Source: Squalus acanthias (taxonomy: Eukaryota). From it: 64,000 bases of DNA. Each line of letters begins with the position of its first letter. The first letter of the stretch is position 1. The notes below the pieces were generated by a model that saw nothing but the letters and a program-made list of their open reading frames with translations, was not told the DNA's origin and searched no databases. Location: assembly GCA_030390025.1 (NCBI GenBank), contig CM059438.1, positions 62,870,001 through 62,934,000 of the forward strand, in the 5' to 3' direction. A program made the position numbers and the translations under genes. Positions 48,482-62,249 of the stretch are shown piece by piece.

Positions 48482-48900
48482 GGTGTCAGCCATGGCTCAG
48501 TTAGTAGCACTCTTGCCCCTGAGTCAGAAGGTTGTGGGTTCAAGTTCCATTCCAGCGATTTGATCTAGGCTGACACTTCAGTGTAGTACTGAGGGAGTGC
48601 TGCACTGTCGGATGTGCTGTCTTTCGGATGAACCGAGGCCCCTTCTGCTTTCTCAGGGGGACGTAAAGGATCCTGCAGCACTATTGGAAGAAGAGCAGGG
48701 GAGTTCTCCCCAGTGTCCTGGCCAATAATTATCCTTCAACCAACATCACTAAAACAAAAAATGGATTAACTGATCATTTCTCTCATTTGTGGGACCTTGC
48801 TGTGTGCAAATTGGCTGGCGGGTTTCCTACATTACATTACAAGTGACTATACTTCAAAATTACTTCATTGGCTGTGAAGTACTTTGGGGCGTCCTCAGGT
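48482..48900 (+). mobile_element. SacSINE1-like Deu-SINE, tail interrupted by family B (resumes at about 49825)
   Basis: Head, core and partial tail. Confidence 0.9.
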
Positions 48901-49824
48901 TTTTTTTATTCATTCATGGGATGTGGGCGTCGCTGGCAAGGCCAGCATTTATTGCCCATCCCTAGTTGCCCTTGAGAAGGTGGTGGTGAGCCGCCGCCTT
49001 GAACCGCTGCAGTCTTTGTGGTGAAGGTACTCCCACAGTGCTGTTAGGGAGGGAGTTCCAGGATTTTGACCCAGCGACGATGAAGGATTGGCGATATACT
49101 TCTAAGTCAGGATGGTGTGTGACTTGGAGGGGAACTTGGAGGTGGTCGTGTTCCCATGTGTCTGCTGCCCTTGTCCTTCTAGGTGGAAGAGGTCGCGGGT
49201 TTGGGAGGTGTTGCCGAAGAAGCCTTGGCGAGTTGCTGCAGTGCATCTTGTAGATGGTACACACTGCAGCCACAGTACGCCGGTGGTGGAGTGAGTGAAT
49301 GTTTAAGGTGGTGGATGGGGTGCTAATCAAGCGGGCTGCTTTGTCCTGTATGGTGTCGAGCTTCTTGAGTGTTGTTGGAGCTGCACTCATCCAGGCAAGT
49401 GGAGAGTATTCCATCACACTCCTTACTTGTGCCTTGTAGATGGTGGAAAGGCTTTGGGGAGTCAAGAGGTGAGACACTCGCCGCAGAATACCTAGCCTCT
49501 GACCTGCTCTTGTTGCCACAGTATTTATGTGGCTGGTCCAGTTAAGTTTCTGGTTAATGGTGACCCCCAGGATGTTGATAGTGGGGGATTCGGCAATGGT
49601 AATGCCATTGAATGTCAAGGGGCGGTGGTTAGGCTCTCGCTTGTTGGAGATAGTCATTGCCTGGCACTTCTGTGGCGTGAATGTTACCTGCCACTTATCA
49701 GTCCAAGCCTAAACGTCGTCCAGGTCTTGCTGCATGCGGGCATGGACTGCTTCATTATCTGAGGAGTTGTGAATGGCGCCGAACACTGTGCAGTCATCAG
49801 CGAATATCCCCATTTCTGACCTTA
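48901..49824 (-). mobile_element. Family B LINE, 5'-truncated
   Basis: ORF 48962-49657 plus the FADDCTVF region. Confidence 0.92.
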
Positions 49825-52620
49825 TGAAAGGTGCTACATAAATAACAATGTTTTTCTTTTTCTTTATTGGGGTATGGTTCCAGAGATGCCAGTTGTTCTT
49901 TGTTGCCTTGCCCAGGGGATCATTCTTTGTGAATAGGCCTAGAGGTTGAGTGTGGGATGATTGGACCATGGGGGCATCGTAGCCAGAGATCAATCCTGGG
50001 AGTTTCGTGCTCTGTATCACTGTGTCAAACTAGACAAGAGTACTAACCAGCTGAGCCATCAAGGGAGTGAAACACAAAGTATTTTAAATATCAAATCACC
50101 TTGCTGCCCTGACCAGGTCCCAATTGATCTTTCTCTTGCTGGCGCAGTGCCATGGAGTGGTTTTATGTAGGTAGTTTAACACATGATGAGTTGTCGATGT
50201 GAATTAAGAAGCTCCTCTCAACACTTTCAGATACAGTCGACTCCTGATAATTGAGTTGTATTTTTGCACAAAGTAACGTGAATTAAGCAACTTTGAATTA
50301 AGAGGTGCAGACTGTAACTGAGGAGAGAGCGGCATCGATGTGGGAGCGAATCATTTGCCGCTTCTCGGATGAGGAAGCTTTGTGGCCATGGAATAGGAGA
50401 GGGAGAGGAGAAAAATATCTACCCGCCCTTTGTGATGGACCTTCCCAAAATGATGTCAGTGAGGTGAATATTACGCACACAACCCTTGCGATATAAGCAA
50501 AGGCATTTAGCATTGGCCATGCAACTGTGGAAGTATATTTCAGTACCGCCTGTCCCTGCTCAAGAAGGCTTTTATTTTTTATCATGTTTGTGCAGCACAC
50601 TTGTGTGCCCTAGGAGATAAGTTGCATCCATGATTCTCTTGGTAGCAGGTTTTTAGTATGGGCAGTGCCTATTGGGAGACGGGCAGAGCGACCAAGCATC
50701 TGCCTCCTGGTGGCTGAGTCACGATCACTGGGATTGAAGTAAAGTGCAAAGCTGAGTGTGTGAAATTCTCACATTGGCTACATTCGCTCTTGATGTTATC
50801 CTTCGAGATGTAGGTTGTGTCTGGAGAGAGCATTTTGAGCGAAAGATAGATCTGACGCTCATGGGTTTATGATGGAAGCAATTGGAGGTGAAGAATTAAG
50901 AGCTAACACACAAGAAGTGTCTTGGCACAATGTTGAAGCTTATTGATTTAAATGTGATTTTATTCCCCCTCTGCTTATTGGTGACGTTGCAGCAGAGCAT
51001 GTGTGGCAAAGGCGTTGAAGCGACTCGAGTGGCTGCTTTCTGAGACAAGTAACTGAAGGAAGCGCAAATGCGTTAAAACTTTAAACTGCTGGGGCTGCTG
51101 ACATGAATTTGTCAAATTATAATTGAGAATATATATTGTGCCAGAAGGATTGATCTAGCGCAACATAAAAATGACGGTTCCCAGGTAAAATGTGCTCCAG
51201 AGTTGACCAGAGCTAATTTACACCAAATCGTTCTGCCAATAAATTCTTGTTGATGGCCCTGGCTAATAAACTAGGACTCTTAACATCTGCTTGTTTAACA
51301 ATGGGAGACACATTTTGGAAAACAGGAGGCTTGCACTAAAAATCCAAGTCGTGCACATCTCCTGTAATTTAAGACCTCCTTTGTTGTTGCATTAGTGCTT
51401 CGGGACGCTTTCCTGCTGGTCTTGTGTCCAACTCCAATGGAAAAGACCAATTTGGCTCACCTGTTGAGGTGGTTTTACCAGTGGCCGGGCTGGAGAGATG
51501 ATAGTGTAACATGGCCACCACGGAGGGGGGAGGGAGTAGACAAGGGAATGAGTCGTACTTTTGCCCGTTATTATTTTTTCTTGCTAGCAGCTGTCCCTGT
51601 ACATTTGAGCAGCCGCAGCCATTATTCCGTTGCTGGGCTTGTTTACAGTATCCTGAAATGAAGTACAAAGATGAAACAATGGGCACTGGGCTCCTCTTCA
51701 GCACGGGTGTGCACTCAATCCTGCTAAGTGTCACTTGGAGTTAACTAACGCCTTGACTGGTTATTTATCTTATTGGCTGTTGGTGGGACCTTGCTGTGTG
51801 CAAATTGCCTGCCATGTTTGCCCTTCATAACAAGATTGACTGCACTTAATAGGAGTTCATTGGCTGTGAAGCGTCTTGGGATGTGGAAGGTGCTGTATAA
51901 ATGCCAGCTTGTCTTTCCTGAATGCCAGAATAATATTTCTATATTGTCTCCCAAAATAATACAGGATTCTAATTTTTCATTTCCTTAGCTGCTTGCATTC
52001 ATCCGGGGAATTCTGTATTAAGTAGGCTTCTGGGGGCAAATGCTGATGCAATTACTTTTCTCCTGACTTTGCATTCTTACGGTCACTGCTCCAGAAGTAA
52101 CAGCGGTGACGTTAACTTTCAGTGTGGGGCTGGTGAACACACTGAGTAATCTTGCAGCCGGCCCTTCACAAACCCCAGGCCAAAAGGAGAGCATTCATGT
52201 GAAATTATTCAGAACAGAGGTCATACTTTTTTGGAGAATCTTCATTTCTCTGAGCTTGTCTGCATGGGCGCGGTGCGGGGAAGATGGAAAGAGGAGGTAA
52301 ATTAATAGAACTAATGCAGGATTGCCTTTTGATGCAAGAGGTAAAAAGGCAGAGTGGAGAGGAGCCCACATTTGAACAAATATAGTCGCACTTATTCAGA
52401 TATTGGCTGTGAACTTAGTCTGGTGGGAAGTTCAGCGGTTTCACTGCTGATGATCATGGCATCAGTCGTCATGATACCAAACCGTTGATATTAAAGGATT
52501 GGTAAGAAACAAAGGTTAATGGAGTAAGTTAACCAGATATCCAGAACGCTGATCTTGAATCTGTGAGGAAACCGGGACAAATCAAGAAGTACATGAGAGG
52601 AAAAAGTACCAAAGTGTTTC

Positions 52621-53000
52621 AACAACAACAACTAGTATTTATATAGCACCTTTAATGTAGTAAAACGCCCCAAGGCGCTTCACAGGAGCGTTATCAAACA
52701 AAATTTGTGATTTGAGCCACATAAGGAGATATTAGTACAGATGAGTTAGGTTTTAAAATCACCGTAGAGGGAGGGAGGAGAGATTTTGAGGGAGGAGAGA
52801 TTTTGAGGGAGGGAATTCCAGAGATTAGGGCCCAGGCAGTGGAAGGCACAGCTGCCAATGATTGAGCGATGAAAATCAGGGATGCGCAAGAGGCCAGAAT
52901 TGGAGGAGCGTAGGGCTGGAGGAGGTTGTAGAGATAGGGAGGGACGAGGGGTTTGAAAACAAAAATGATCATTTTAAAAGCGAGGTATTATTGGAGTGGG
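52621..53000 (-). mobile_element. L2 3' fragment
   Basis: (AAC)n tail, homologous to 32932-33340. Confidence 0.8.
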
Positions 53001-53619
53001 AATAAAGTAAATAAATCATTAACTACAAATTGAAGGTGATATCAAAAAAGGATCTAAATCGTTCAATTTAAAAAAAAATACACACACTGAGGGAAAGTAT
53101 GATGAGAAAAATTGAAGTAATGGGAAAGGAAGATTGGAAGTATACAAACTGATAAAATAAATATACTTCAGCTTTGAGCACAGGATATTTTACAACACAT
53201 GAAGACTTGCCCTAAGTCACCTTGAATGTTTCTGTTGCCAAGACAGATTTAGGGAAAAGAGCAAAAGTGAACATTTTGTTTTATTCATAGTAAAGTATGA
53301 AAAGTAAGTGATGATGAGCGGTGAGGTAGTGGAGGAGCAAACTATGACGGAAGTTGTAAATCCTTATTCCCCTGGCAGCGTGCGCTATGGAAAATGCTCG
53401 CTGTGCCCCCTTCTCTGCCCAGTAATGAGAGGGGTGGGGAATTAACCCAAAATGAAGAAATTGATGATCCATTTCGGAAATCTGAGGGAAAATTAGGGTG
53501 ACATTGTGGCAGAAGTTTTTTTTTTTCTGAATGTGGAATAAGAGCTGCATGTTTGGGAAAATAGCGTGTCCAGTTTTCACAAATGTCAGAAATGTTATTC
53601 TAGGGATGTTGTTAGCTTG

Positions 53620-54030
53620 ACACACAGAGCAGAAAGCTATTGGTGTCGTTGTTGAGGAAGCAATTAAAACACATGTAGAGAGGAAAAGCAATTATTTCCA
53701 AGTCTGCGAAATTTAGGCAGTGCCAAGTACACTTATTGGAATTCTTTGAGACTGCAGTAAAACTGGTGGATGTCGTGATATATCTTCACTTTCAGAAGAC
53801 ATTTGGTGTCTTCACAAGAGACTTTTGGCAGAAGTGGAAACTGTTAGATTAAAGGGGGGGGAGTTGTAAATTGGCTTAAAAAAAATTGGCCAGATAATAG
53901 GAAAGCAAGAATTATGATCATAGGGATAGTAATTGGTTTGCTGTGACCAGCAGAGTACCCCAAGGATTAGTTTCGGGAGCTTGGATGTTCACAGTATTTA
54001 CAGCTTACCTTGACGAGGGTACTGAAGGTT
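53620..54030 (+). mobile_element. Ancient CR1 RT remnant
   Basis: LLEFFE, VDVVIYLHFQKTF, VTSRVPQGLVSG. Confidence 0.65.
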
Positions 54031-54304
54031 ATCGTGCCCGTTTCCTGTGTCCATGGAATATACAGATTTTAACTATTGCCCCTTTGTGCGTTTCTTGATC
54101 CATACTGAGGACCTGAAAAGGGGAAGAGAGCAAAGTATTTAGTATTGCTTTAGAAGTGTTCTCTTATTATAAAATGCTAACTTCAGGAGTATTTTGGCTA
54201 TTGGTTGGGCTACCTGTTGGTCAGAACTGTTCATCCGTTGAGAATTTTCAGAGCTGAAGCATGATTCCAGCTTACTGCTGGTAGACGGGAGCCTGAAGAT
54301 CTTC

Positions 54305-54650
54305 GGTCTGTGATCCTGGCAGTTACGCTGGGATCGCGCCAGCCAGTGCTCTCCGGTGCTGATCTGGTTTTGAATATAGGGGGGGCCAGTGGGGGGGGCA
54401 TCTCATTTGCATGTGCCCGGCTATGGTGGGAGCACCTCCGACACCTGCCAGCCCAGGAAACACCGGCACCTGGCTGCTATTACACCACCTCCCCCGGGAA
54501 GACATATATTTCTTGGATCTTTGGCAGTCCAGGCCACTTCCCTGGCATGGATCCACTCCCCCAACCCCACAATCTGACACTGTGTACCAGGCTTCATTCG
54601 GGCCAGGAAAGGAGGAACTGCCAGCGTCGGCGTCATTGTTTGGGGCCCAA
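54305..54650. mobile_element. GC-rich MITE-like remnant
   Basis: Inverted CTGGCAGTT / AACTGCCAG near the ends; source of the copy at 56115-56235. Confidence 0.35.
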
Positions 54651-55269
54651 GATGTCACTCTTGATGCTGGGGGATTAGAATCTGTGTTTGCAGAGTCAGT
54701 AATCTGATAGCTGAGCCAGGCAGCCCTGCAGTACTCCAGGGTGCGATTGATGATTGGCCAATAAGGCTAGTTCATTAATTAGACCTGGAAGGGTAGGCCT
54801 TTTATTGGGGGGCTTGGACGCTTCATACTTGGCTCCAGGTAACCTTGCAAGCCAGTGCCCAATGGGTGTGGTTAACCTAGCTGGACAAGCAGCTGGAATC
54901 TTATCAGTGCTCTGCGATGGTAAAAAAAGAAAGACTTGCATTTATATAGCGCCCCTCAGGACCTCCCAAAGTGCGTTACAGCCAATGAAGTCCTTTTGAA
55001 GTGTAGTCACTGTTGTAATATCGGAACGTTGTAATGTAAGTTGTTTGGTTTTAACTGGTGAACCAACAGCGCACTCTGCAGTCTTGGCTGTTGTCAACTT
55101 GCACCTAGGTTCTCTGGACTTGGGTGTGCGAGATGTATGAGACAATGTGAAGTCCATATCAAACTATATCTGTCTGGATATATTTGTAGCTTCAGTTGAA
55201 AACTCTTCAGCATGGTGATGGGTTTCTCTACAAGATGGGTACCTAACGCACCAAAAATAGCTGTAAGGC

Positions 55270-55931
55270 GTTAAGAAGGCAAATGGTATGTTGGCCTTCA
55301 TAGCGAGAGGATTCGATTACAGGAGCAAGGATGTCTTGCTGCAGTTGTACAGGGCCTTGGTGAGACCACACCTTGAGTATTGTGTGCAGTTTTGGTCGCC
55401 TTAGCTGAGGAAGGATGTTCTTGCCATGGAGGGAGTGCAGCGAAGATTCACCAGACTGATACCTGGGATGGCAGGAATGACGTATGAAGAGAGATTGGGT
55501 TGATTGGGCTTATATTCGCTAGAGTTTCAAAGAATGAGAGGGGATCTCATTGAAACTTATAAAATTCTAACAGGACTAGACAGACTAGATGCAGGAAGGA
55601 TGTTCCCGATGGCGGGGGAGTCCAGAACCAGGGGTCACAGTCTAAGGATAAGGGGTAAGCCATTTAGGACTGAGGTGAGGAGGAATTTCTTCACCCAGAG
55701 AGTGGTGAACCTGTGGAATTCTCTACCACAGAAGGCAGTTGAGGCCAATTCATTAAATATATTCAAGAAGGAGTTAGATATATTTCTTAAGGCTAAAGGG
55801 ATCAAGGGATATGGGGAGAAAGCAGGGACAGGGTACTGAATTTGGATGATCAGCCATGATCTCAGTAAATGGCGGAGCAGGCTCGAGGGGCCGAATGGCC
55901 TACTCCTGCTCCTATCCTCCATGTTTCTATG
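55270..55931 (+). mobile_element. CR1 3' part (family A)
   Basis: ORF 55504-55839 GLYSLEFQRMRGDL; TTTCTATG tail. Confidence 0.92.
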
Positions 55932-56026
55932 GTTAGTTTTACTGCGCCGAATCAGATCTGATTGAGCTACTTAGCTATCGATATAAAAAACAATACTAAA
56001 GTGAAAGCAATATGTTAAATCCTCTT

Positions 56027-56357
56027 ATATAAAAACTGAAAATGCTGGAAATACTCAGCAGGTCAGGCAGCATCAGTGGAGAGAGAAACAGAGTTAACGT
56101 TTCAGGTCGATGACCACACCACTTCCCAGAAAAGACCATATTTCTTGGATCTTTGGAAGTCCAGGCCACTTCCCTGGTATGGATCTACCCCACACCCCAC
56201 AATCTGACTCTGCATACCAGCCTTCGTTCGGGCCATCGACCTGAAACGTTAACTCTGTTTCTCTCTCCACAGATGCTGCCTGACCTGCTGAGTGTTTCCA
56301 GCATTTTCTGTTTTTATTTCAGATTTCCTGCATCCGCAGCATTTTGCTTTTGTATTA
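56027..56357. mobile_element. Penelope fold-back insertion with captured 120-bp filler
   Basis: Inverted pLTR arms 56030-56113 / 56234-56357; 15-bp TSD ATGTTAAATCCTCTT (56012-56026, 56358-56372). Confidence 0.9.
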
Positions 56358-58415
56358 ATGTTAAATCCTCTTGTGGAAATAGCTCTCAGTGGCTATGGAC
56401 CAGCTTCTTTCGGATGCTTCGGGAACAGGGTGTAACCTCGGGGTTCCCATCGTTAGTTACTTGATGTATTTAGTGTAATGTCTTCATTTTTCTTTTCAGT
56501 ATATCAGTTCATCTGCAAATGTATTTGCACTGGGAAGTACATTGCACACCTCCACTTCTGTGGTTTTGTACTTTCACTTAATGCCCTCATTTAGGATTAT
56601 ATTTTGTCTGGGTCTTAATTTCTTCAGAAGACTGCTAACAAGTATCTGCCACAACCACATTTTGGAGATTAGTTTACAGAGCATGGATAAATTCACTGAT
56701 CTCATGGGGAGGTGAGCTCAAGAGACTCAGACAATTGATGCTGCAGTCCTATCTGTGACACATGCTCCCTTCAAGCACTGCTCCTAGCCGAGAGCTCCAA
56801 ATCAGTGAATTCTATTTTCTAATAATTTTTGATCACATGTTAAGCTGCCCTATAGCTTTTGAGTCGACTAAATTTAATATTTTGACGGGCTGATTTCCAT
56901 ATTGGTAAGTGTGATAAGACCAGAATATATCGTACCCATGCCACATTTGTAACTGGGGGGGGCGGGGGGGGGAATCCTACAGTAAGGAAATGAGAAGGCA
57001 ATTAGAAAGTAATTTTTTTTAAATACAAGTAAAATACTGATTCATTTTGCTGCTGCCACTTCACTCAGGTACCCTACGGTGTAGCTCAGCAATATGAACT
57101 TCGGCCTATACAACCTCCCTCGCTGACCTGAGAACCTGCCCTCAGCCCAGCTGAAGAAAGCGGGCCAATGTGCATGGAGCTTTGCAAAACCACGCCTCCA
57201 GATCCAAACAAACTGACCAGCAAGCTCAGTGATCGTTCAGCTCAAACCCAGTGCAAAATGAGACCCTTCTCGCCCGCTGTCTCGGGTGATTGTCCGCCAT
57301 CAGCCCCCAGAAGAATTTCCCGAATCGTATTGAATCTGCAGCGCGCCGCTTGTATTGAAACACGCCCTGTGAAGTGAGTCCCAAAATCGGTGGTCGTCAA
57401 TGGGCTGAACGGGAACCAATGTCTGTGTGAAGCTGGTTCATTTGCCTTACCATTCAACACAGAAACCCTGACATTTTTAACATTGTTTTGCCATTACCAT
57501 GAATTAACCCAGTTGGGAACCAGGTGCCATGTTGGTCCCTTTAGTTCTAAACACATGAAATCCAGCCAGGGCGCCATCCAAAAAAAACCTGTTGCAGGTA
57601 CTGTCATATCAGATTCAGCACAAACATCAGGGATGTTTGAGTTACATAAACTGCAATATTATCCGCCCCCCCCCCCAATGTCATTGTCAGAGATCCTGAA
57701 ACATGACCAAGTGACAATTCTACAGGAGCAGTGTTCATAGGGCAAACAGGTGCCATTTATGTGGCTGTTTTGTCTCTCTGATATAATACAAAAATAGCTA
57801 ACGGCTGCTCCAGATGGTATGAGTGCGACTGTCATCCCTGAAATATCTGCTGCTCTACTCCTAGTGGGTACAGAACTTGCCCATTTCACAGCAATGTAGC
57901 AGACAGTGAGTGAGACACAGAAATGAAATGGCGTCTCATGTTTCCTGTAATGCGATTTTTAATGGGCAATTGGTTGAGTGGAAGAGTACAAAAATGATTT
58001 TAACTGTTGATCTAACCATTTTTTTTAAACTTAAGAAATCTGGTGAAGGGTTGAGATTGCGAAGAGTAGGATGAAGATGCAGTCAATCAAGAAATAGGGC
58101 GAGCTTGTGTTTAAAACCCTGTTATCGAAGAAGACAATCTGTGAGTGATTAAGTCATCGGTGAGCTTTCGCATGCTCCCTACATCATAAATGCAGATCTG
58201 GTAGAGTGTGAGGGAGCTCAAGAGTGTGTGTCTGAGACCTGGTTACACAAGGTATTTACAGGCAAATACAACACAAGTTGAGCATAATTGGTGAAGGGTT
58301 GGGGGATATTGGAGGCTTTCAGAAGGGCATTGCCAGAGGATGGGAATTCATTTGCCGCCCTCTAACTATTTGGACTGGGCATGGAGAATGGGTGACGACC
58401 TTCATAAAATGCTAA

Positions 58416-59036
58416 GGGGGAAAAATTCGGTGGCGTCCCCTTTGTGGCGCTAACTTCGCCAGGGCGCTACTTTTAGATTAAGATTAAATTCAGTGGTAGC
58501 TCCCCAAGCAGGAGGCGGGGCACTGCTGGAAGCCCTCCCCCTCCTTCCTGGGGCGCTAACAATGAATATCGCGGCGCTACGTGCAACAGTGCCACGCGCA
58601 TCGGCACGTAGCGTCGCGGTACTACAGGCCTCCTCCCCTGATTAAAGGGGAGGGGCCTAGCGCTGCGCGCACTGGGGCCCTGCTGGACGAGCGGGGTGCC
58701 GGGAAAGCAGCCTGGTACTCGAGGGGAAGGGGGGTTGCAGGTGGCCAGAAAAGAAAATGGCTGCCCGACACCTGCCCCTTTAGAGATCGCCGCCGCGGCT
58801 GCAAAAACACCACCCTGATCGTGTCGGACATATCCGGCGGTAGGTAAGGGGATGCAGCCGAAGCTTGCGGCCGGGGCGCTGCACACGTCGATGACCTTTT
58901 CGCAGGAGGCGCGGGGCGCTACAACCGTTGCTAAAATCCCGCTGAATTTTGCCGGTGGCGTTAGCGGCGCCATGCCCGGGCGCTCGGGGCTTTGTACCCC
59001 GTTATGGGAGGTGCAAAGCAACCCAATTTATCCCCC
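58416..59036. mobile_element. PIF/Harbinger MITE
   Basis: TIRs GGGGGAAAAATTCGGTGGC / GCAACCCAATTTATCCCCC, TAA TSD on both sides, CpG-rich. Confidence 0.88.
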
Positions 59037-59727
59037 TAAGTGTCTGTCAAATTCTTGACCCTAAGAAGCCAGAAAGCAATGAAACTCTTGGATCCGTTTA
59101 AGCCTTTTTTCTAGGTTGTGTAGAGGTTGGGCACTGTTGTAGAGACAGGGTTGTGCCCACTAACGTTATCCAGCAATAAACTTCGAAGCTTCCTTTTTGC
59201 ATTGGAACCTTGCTGGATGAGTGCAGCTGTGCACCTCTCGTACTGACCTGGATTTCCCTAGTGGCTCCAGTAGCCCCTCTTACACCGTGACATTTATTGT
59301 TGACACAAGGTTGGGCACGTGGAAGATGGACAAGCTCATCAGCATCAGTCGGCTCGATACAATGTGTGCATTGTGAATGTGTTTTTTTTTCATTTTTAAT
59401 CTAAAAGCAGCGATCACTCAACTGTGAAATTGAACTGGCAGCAGTGGCACTGGTTGATTTCCAGGTACCCAGTCATTATCTGGGTTGCACGGAGTTTTTT
59501 TTTCCCTTTTAAATTATAATACGTTGGTCTCACTTGCCGATGTCGCTATTTTGCATCTTCATTATTCAGTGTGTATGTTCTGCTGTGATAGTTGGATTGT
59601 TAACCCATGGAGGAGCGCAGTGTTCAAACAGCAAACTCTACAGAGCTTTAGCTGCTGTGAAAGATTACTTTATGTAAAGAAAATGTTTTATTTTGTGCTC
59701 TTGTTTCTCCACAAGTTAAATTTTTTT

Positions 59728-59792
<65 letters not shown>
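59728..59792. repeat. (CT)n(AT)n compound microsatellite
   Basis: Seen directly. Confidence 0.95.
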
Positions 59793-59797
<5 letters not shown>

Positions 59798-60165
59798 ATA
59801 GAATGAATAAGTTGAACTAGTAATCTACTGTTGAAATAAAGCGCGTTCTACACATTTGTGATACCAAAGTACCTTGTCAGACTGTCTCCAGCTTATGACT
59901 GCTGTAGGGAATTGTAAGTTAAATTCTGTTCAGTTTGTGTTGCAACTGAAATGAATTTGCATCAATGCAAAAGAAGTTTGTGCTGTCCAATCACTTTCAG
60001 CCCTATTCGGTCCTAACTTGGGCACTAAAAATGCTAAGTATTCACACACAAATCTAATTGCTGATGGCCAATTTAAAGCAGTGTTTCAACCATGCAAGTT
60101 CTGCTGGGATAGAGAAATAGTTTTAAGTTTGAAAATTCCCTCGGGGCTCAGGACATTAAATGCAC

Positions 60166-60608
60166 TTTTTATTTATTCGCTTATGGGATGTGGGCGTTGC
60201 TGACAAGGCCAGCATTTATTGCCCATCCCTCGTTGCCCTTGAGAAGGTGGTGGTGAGCCGCCGTCTTGAACCGCTGCAGTCCGTGTGGTGAAGGTACTCC
60301 CACAGTGCTGTTAGGGAGGGAGTTCCAGGATTTTGGCCCAGCGACGATGAAGGATCGGCGATATACTTCTAAGTCAGGATGGTGTGTGACTTGGAGGGGA
60401 ACTTGGAGGTGGTGGTCTTCCCATGTGTCTGCTGCCCTTGTCCTTCTAGGTGGAAGAGGTCGCGGGTTTGGGAGGTGCTGCCGAAGAAGCCTTGGCGAGT
60501 TGCTGCAGTGCATCTTGTAGATGGTACACACTGCAGCCACGGTGCGCCGGTGGTGGAGGGAGTGAATGTTTAAGGTGGTGGATAGGGAGCCAATCAAACG
60601 GGCTGCCT
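60166..60608 (-). mobile_element. Family B LINE 3' fragment
   Basis: ORF 60181-60597 SLHHRRTVAAVCTIYKMHC. Confidence 0.92.
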
Positions 60609-60609
60609 G

Positions 60610-60890
60610 GCCAGGTACAACTTTGGTTCCCGGTTTGTGGTTGAGTCAGTTGATTGTTAGGTAGTAGTGGGGGGGAAAAAAACCTACAATTGGTTTTGGT
60701 GCCTCTGAACCAAAGGGGGTAAAAATCAGCCAGGGTTCCCACTTCTGGTCGTCATCTAGGAATAGGCTTGAAACACTCATTGCCTAGACTCGCAAGTGAA
60801 GAGTAGCCAGCTGGCTGAGCTAACAGAGAGCTGCTGGCGTCTGTTGAGCTGTAACCCAATGTGAACTGGTGCCCAGAGGAGGGAATAAGA
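60610..60890 (+). mobile_element. SINE family C
   Basis: AAAATCAGCCAGGGTTCC...CACTCATTGCCTAGACTC...GAAGAGTAGCCA. Confidence 0.6.
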
Positions 60891-61287
60891 GGGGAATCTC
60901 AAACTTTCAATCGTCATCGGAACCTCTCAGTTGTACCAAAGACTTGCGGTATGCTGCAGTTACTTTCATCAAAAGTTTGGAGTTCACATTATAACTTGCA
61001 ACTGAGTTGATTTTCCAGTGTGTCTGGAACTGACTGACTGCTGGGCGGTGAATGAGAGTGTCATGGGTTCACTTGTTACGCAGTTTACTTCCTCTTCCCT
61101 TTTACGAAGGAGAAGCGACTTGCCTCCACGGGTTGTCTTTCATTGATGGAATGGTCGAGGTCATGACTCACGAGGGATAGTTTTGCCGCTTCCCGTTCCT
61201 GATGGTCAGCCATGCCCACCGGCCGCGCATATTGGAAATTGGGTTACGTGCTCTTTCCCGACGAGTTAAATGAACAACCAGGAGATC

Positions 61288-61470
61288 AGAACATAAGACG
61301 TAGGAGCAGGAGTAGATCATTCGGCCCCTCGAGCCTGCTCCGCCATTCAACAAGATCATGGCTGATCTGATCTTGGCCTCAACTCCACTTCTCTGTACGC
61401 TCCCCATAACCCTCGACTCCCTTACCTTTCAAAAATCTGTCAATCTCCACCTTAAATATATTCAATGACT
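61288..61470 (-). mobile_element. CR1 3' end
   Basis: AGAACATAAGA..TAGGAGCAGGAGTAG tail. Confidence 0.88.
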
Positions 61471-62008
61471 CATGCCTGAGTTTCTGTTATGGGTTTCTGG
61501 TATTTAAGGCTCTCCAAAGGAGGTGTGAAGTTGGACTATTACCCTTACCATGTGAGAAAACGTCAGCACCAACCAGTCATCTTTCATTCTGTCACCCAGT
61601 TCCTTGGTAACCCATCAAGCTGCCATAACATCAATAACATTGTGGCCTCACTGTTTGGGTCTGCACTTTGGGTAAATATGGAGTCCAGGGCTTCCTTGAG
61701 CAGCAAGGTTCCAGCACTCGGAGAGTTAATCTGGCAGTTCGGAACTTTAGGTTAGAAAAATGTTGAAGTACTAGTTTGTGGTTAGAAGTCGACCTTGGCT
61801 GGTATCTCTGAGATCAAGGCCATCGCCTGCGTTTCCTGTGCAACAGTTTATTGCTTGAAGTCAAAACCCAAAAAGGTGGTGCTAATTGTTTTCTATGTTA
61901 CATTTTCTGTCTCATTCTTTGAATGTTTTCTCTGGGGTTTTTTTTGTTGTTGCCCTACTTCACGTTCCCCAACTCTTGGGACTGCAACACCACAGCCTGG
62001 GACACGAG

Positions 62009-62249
62009 TCGGGTTCCCAACTCTGGTTGGATGTATTCCGGGAGGTTTCATTACCTGTTCTTCCACCTCCAACTGCCCCGCCCAGTCAAACAGCCTTTTA
62101 TGCCATCCTCAATATTTTTATAGCTCATAAACAAAACGCTCAAATGAAAATGAAAGAAAAGACAATTTTTTTTTATTGCCCCTATGATTTTCTCCTTTGT
62201 TGCTCGCTGCAGTGTCCAGGAGATTAATCCTGGAGGGTTGGTAACACCA
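62009..62249. mobile_element. hAT/Tip100-like MITE
   Basis: Imperfect TIRs GGGTTCCCAAC / GTTGGTAACACC. Confidence 0.5.

Noticed and set aside
57168..57377. 69-aa ORF ending near a GTGAGT donor
   Set aside because: No recognisable protein similarity or clear acceptor
58473..59021. 182-aa GC-rich ORF or CpG-island promoter
   Set aside because: Lies wholly within a TIR/TAA-bounded Harbinger MITE
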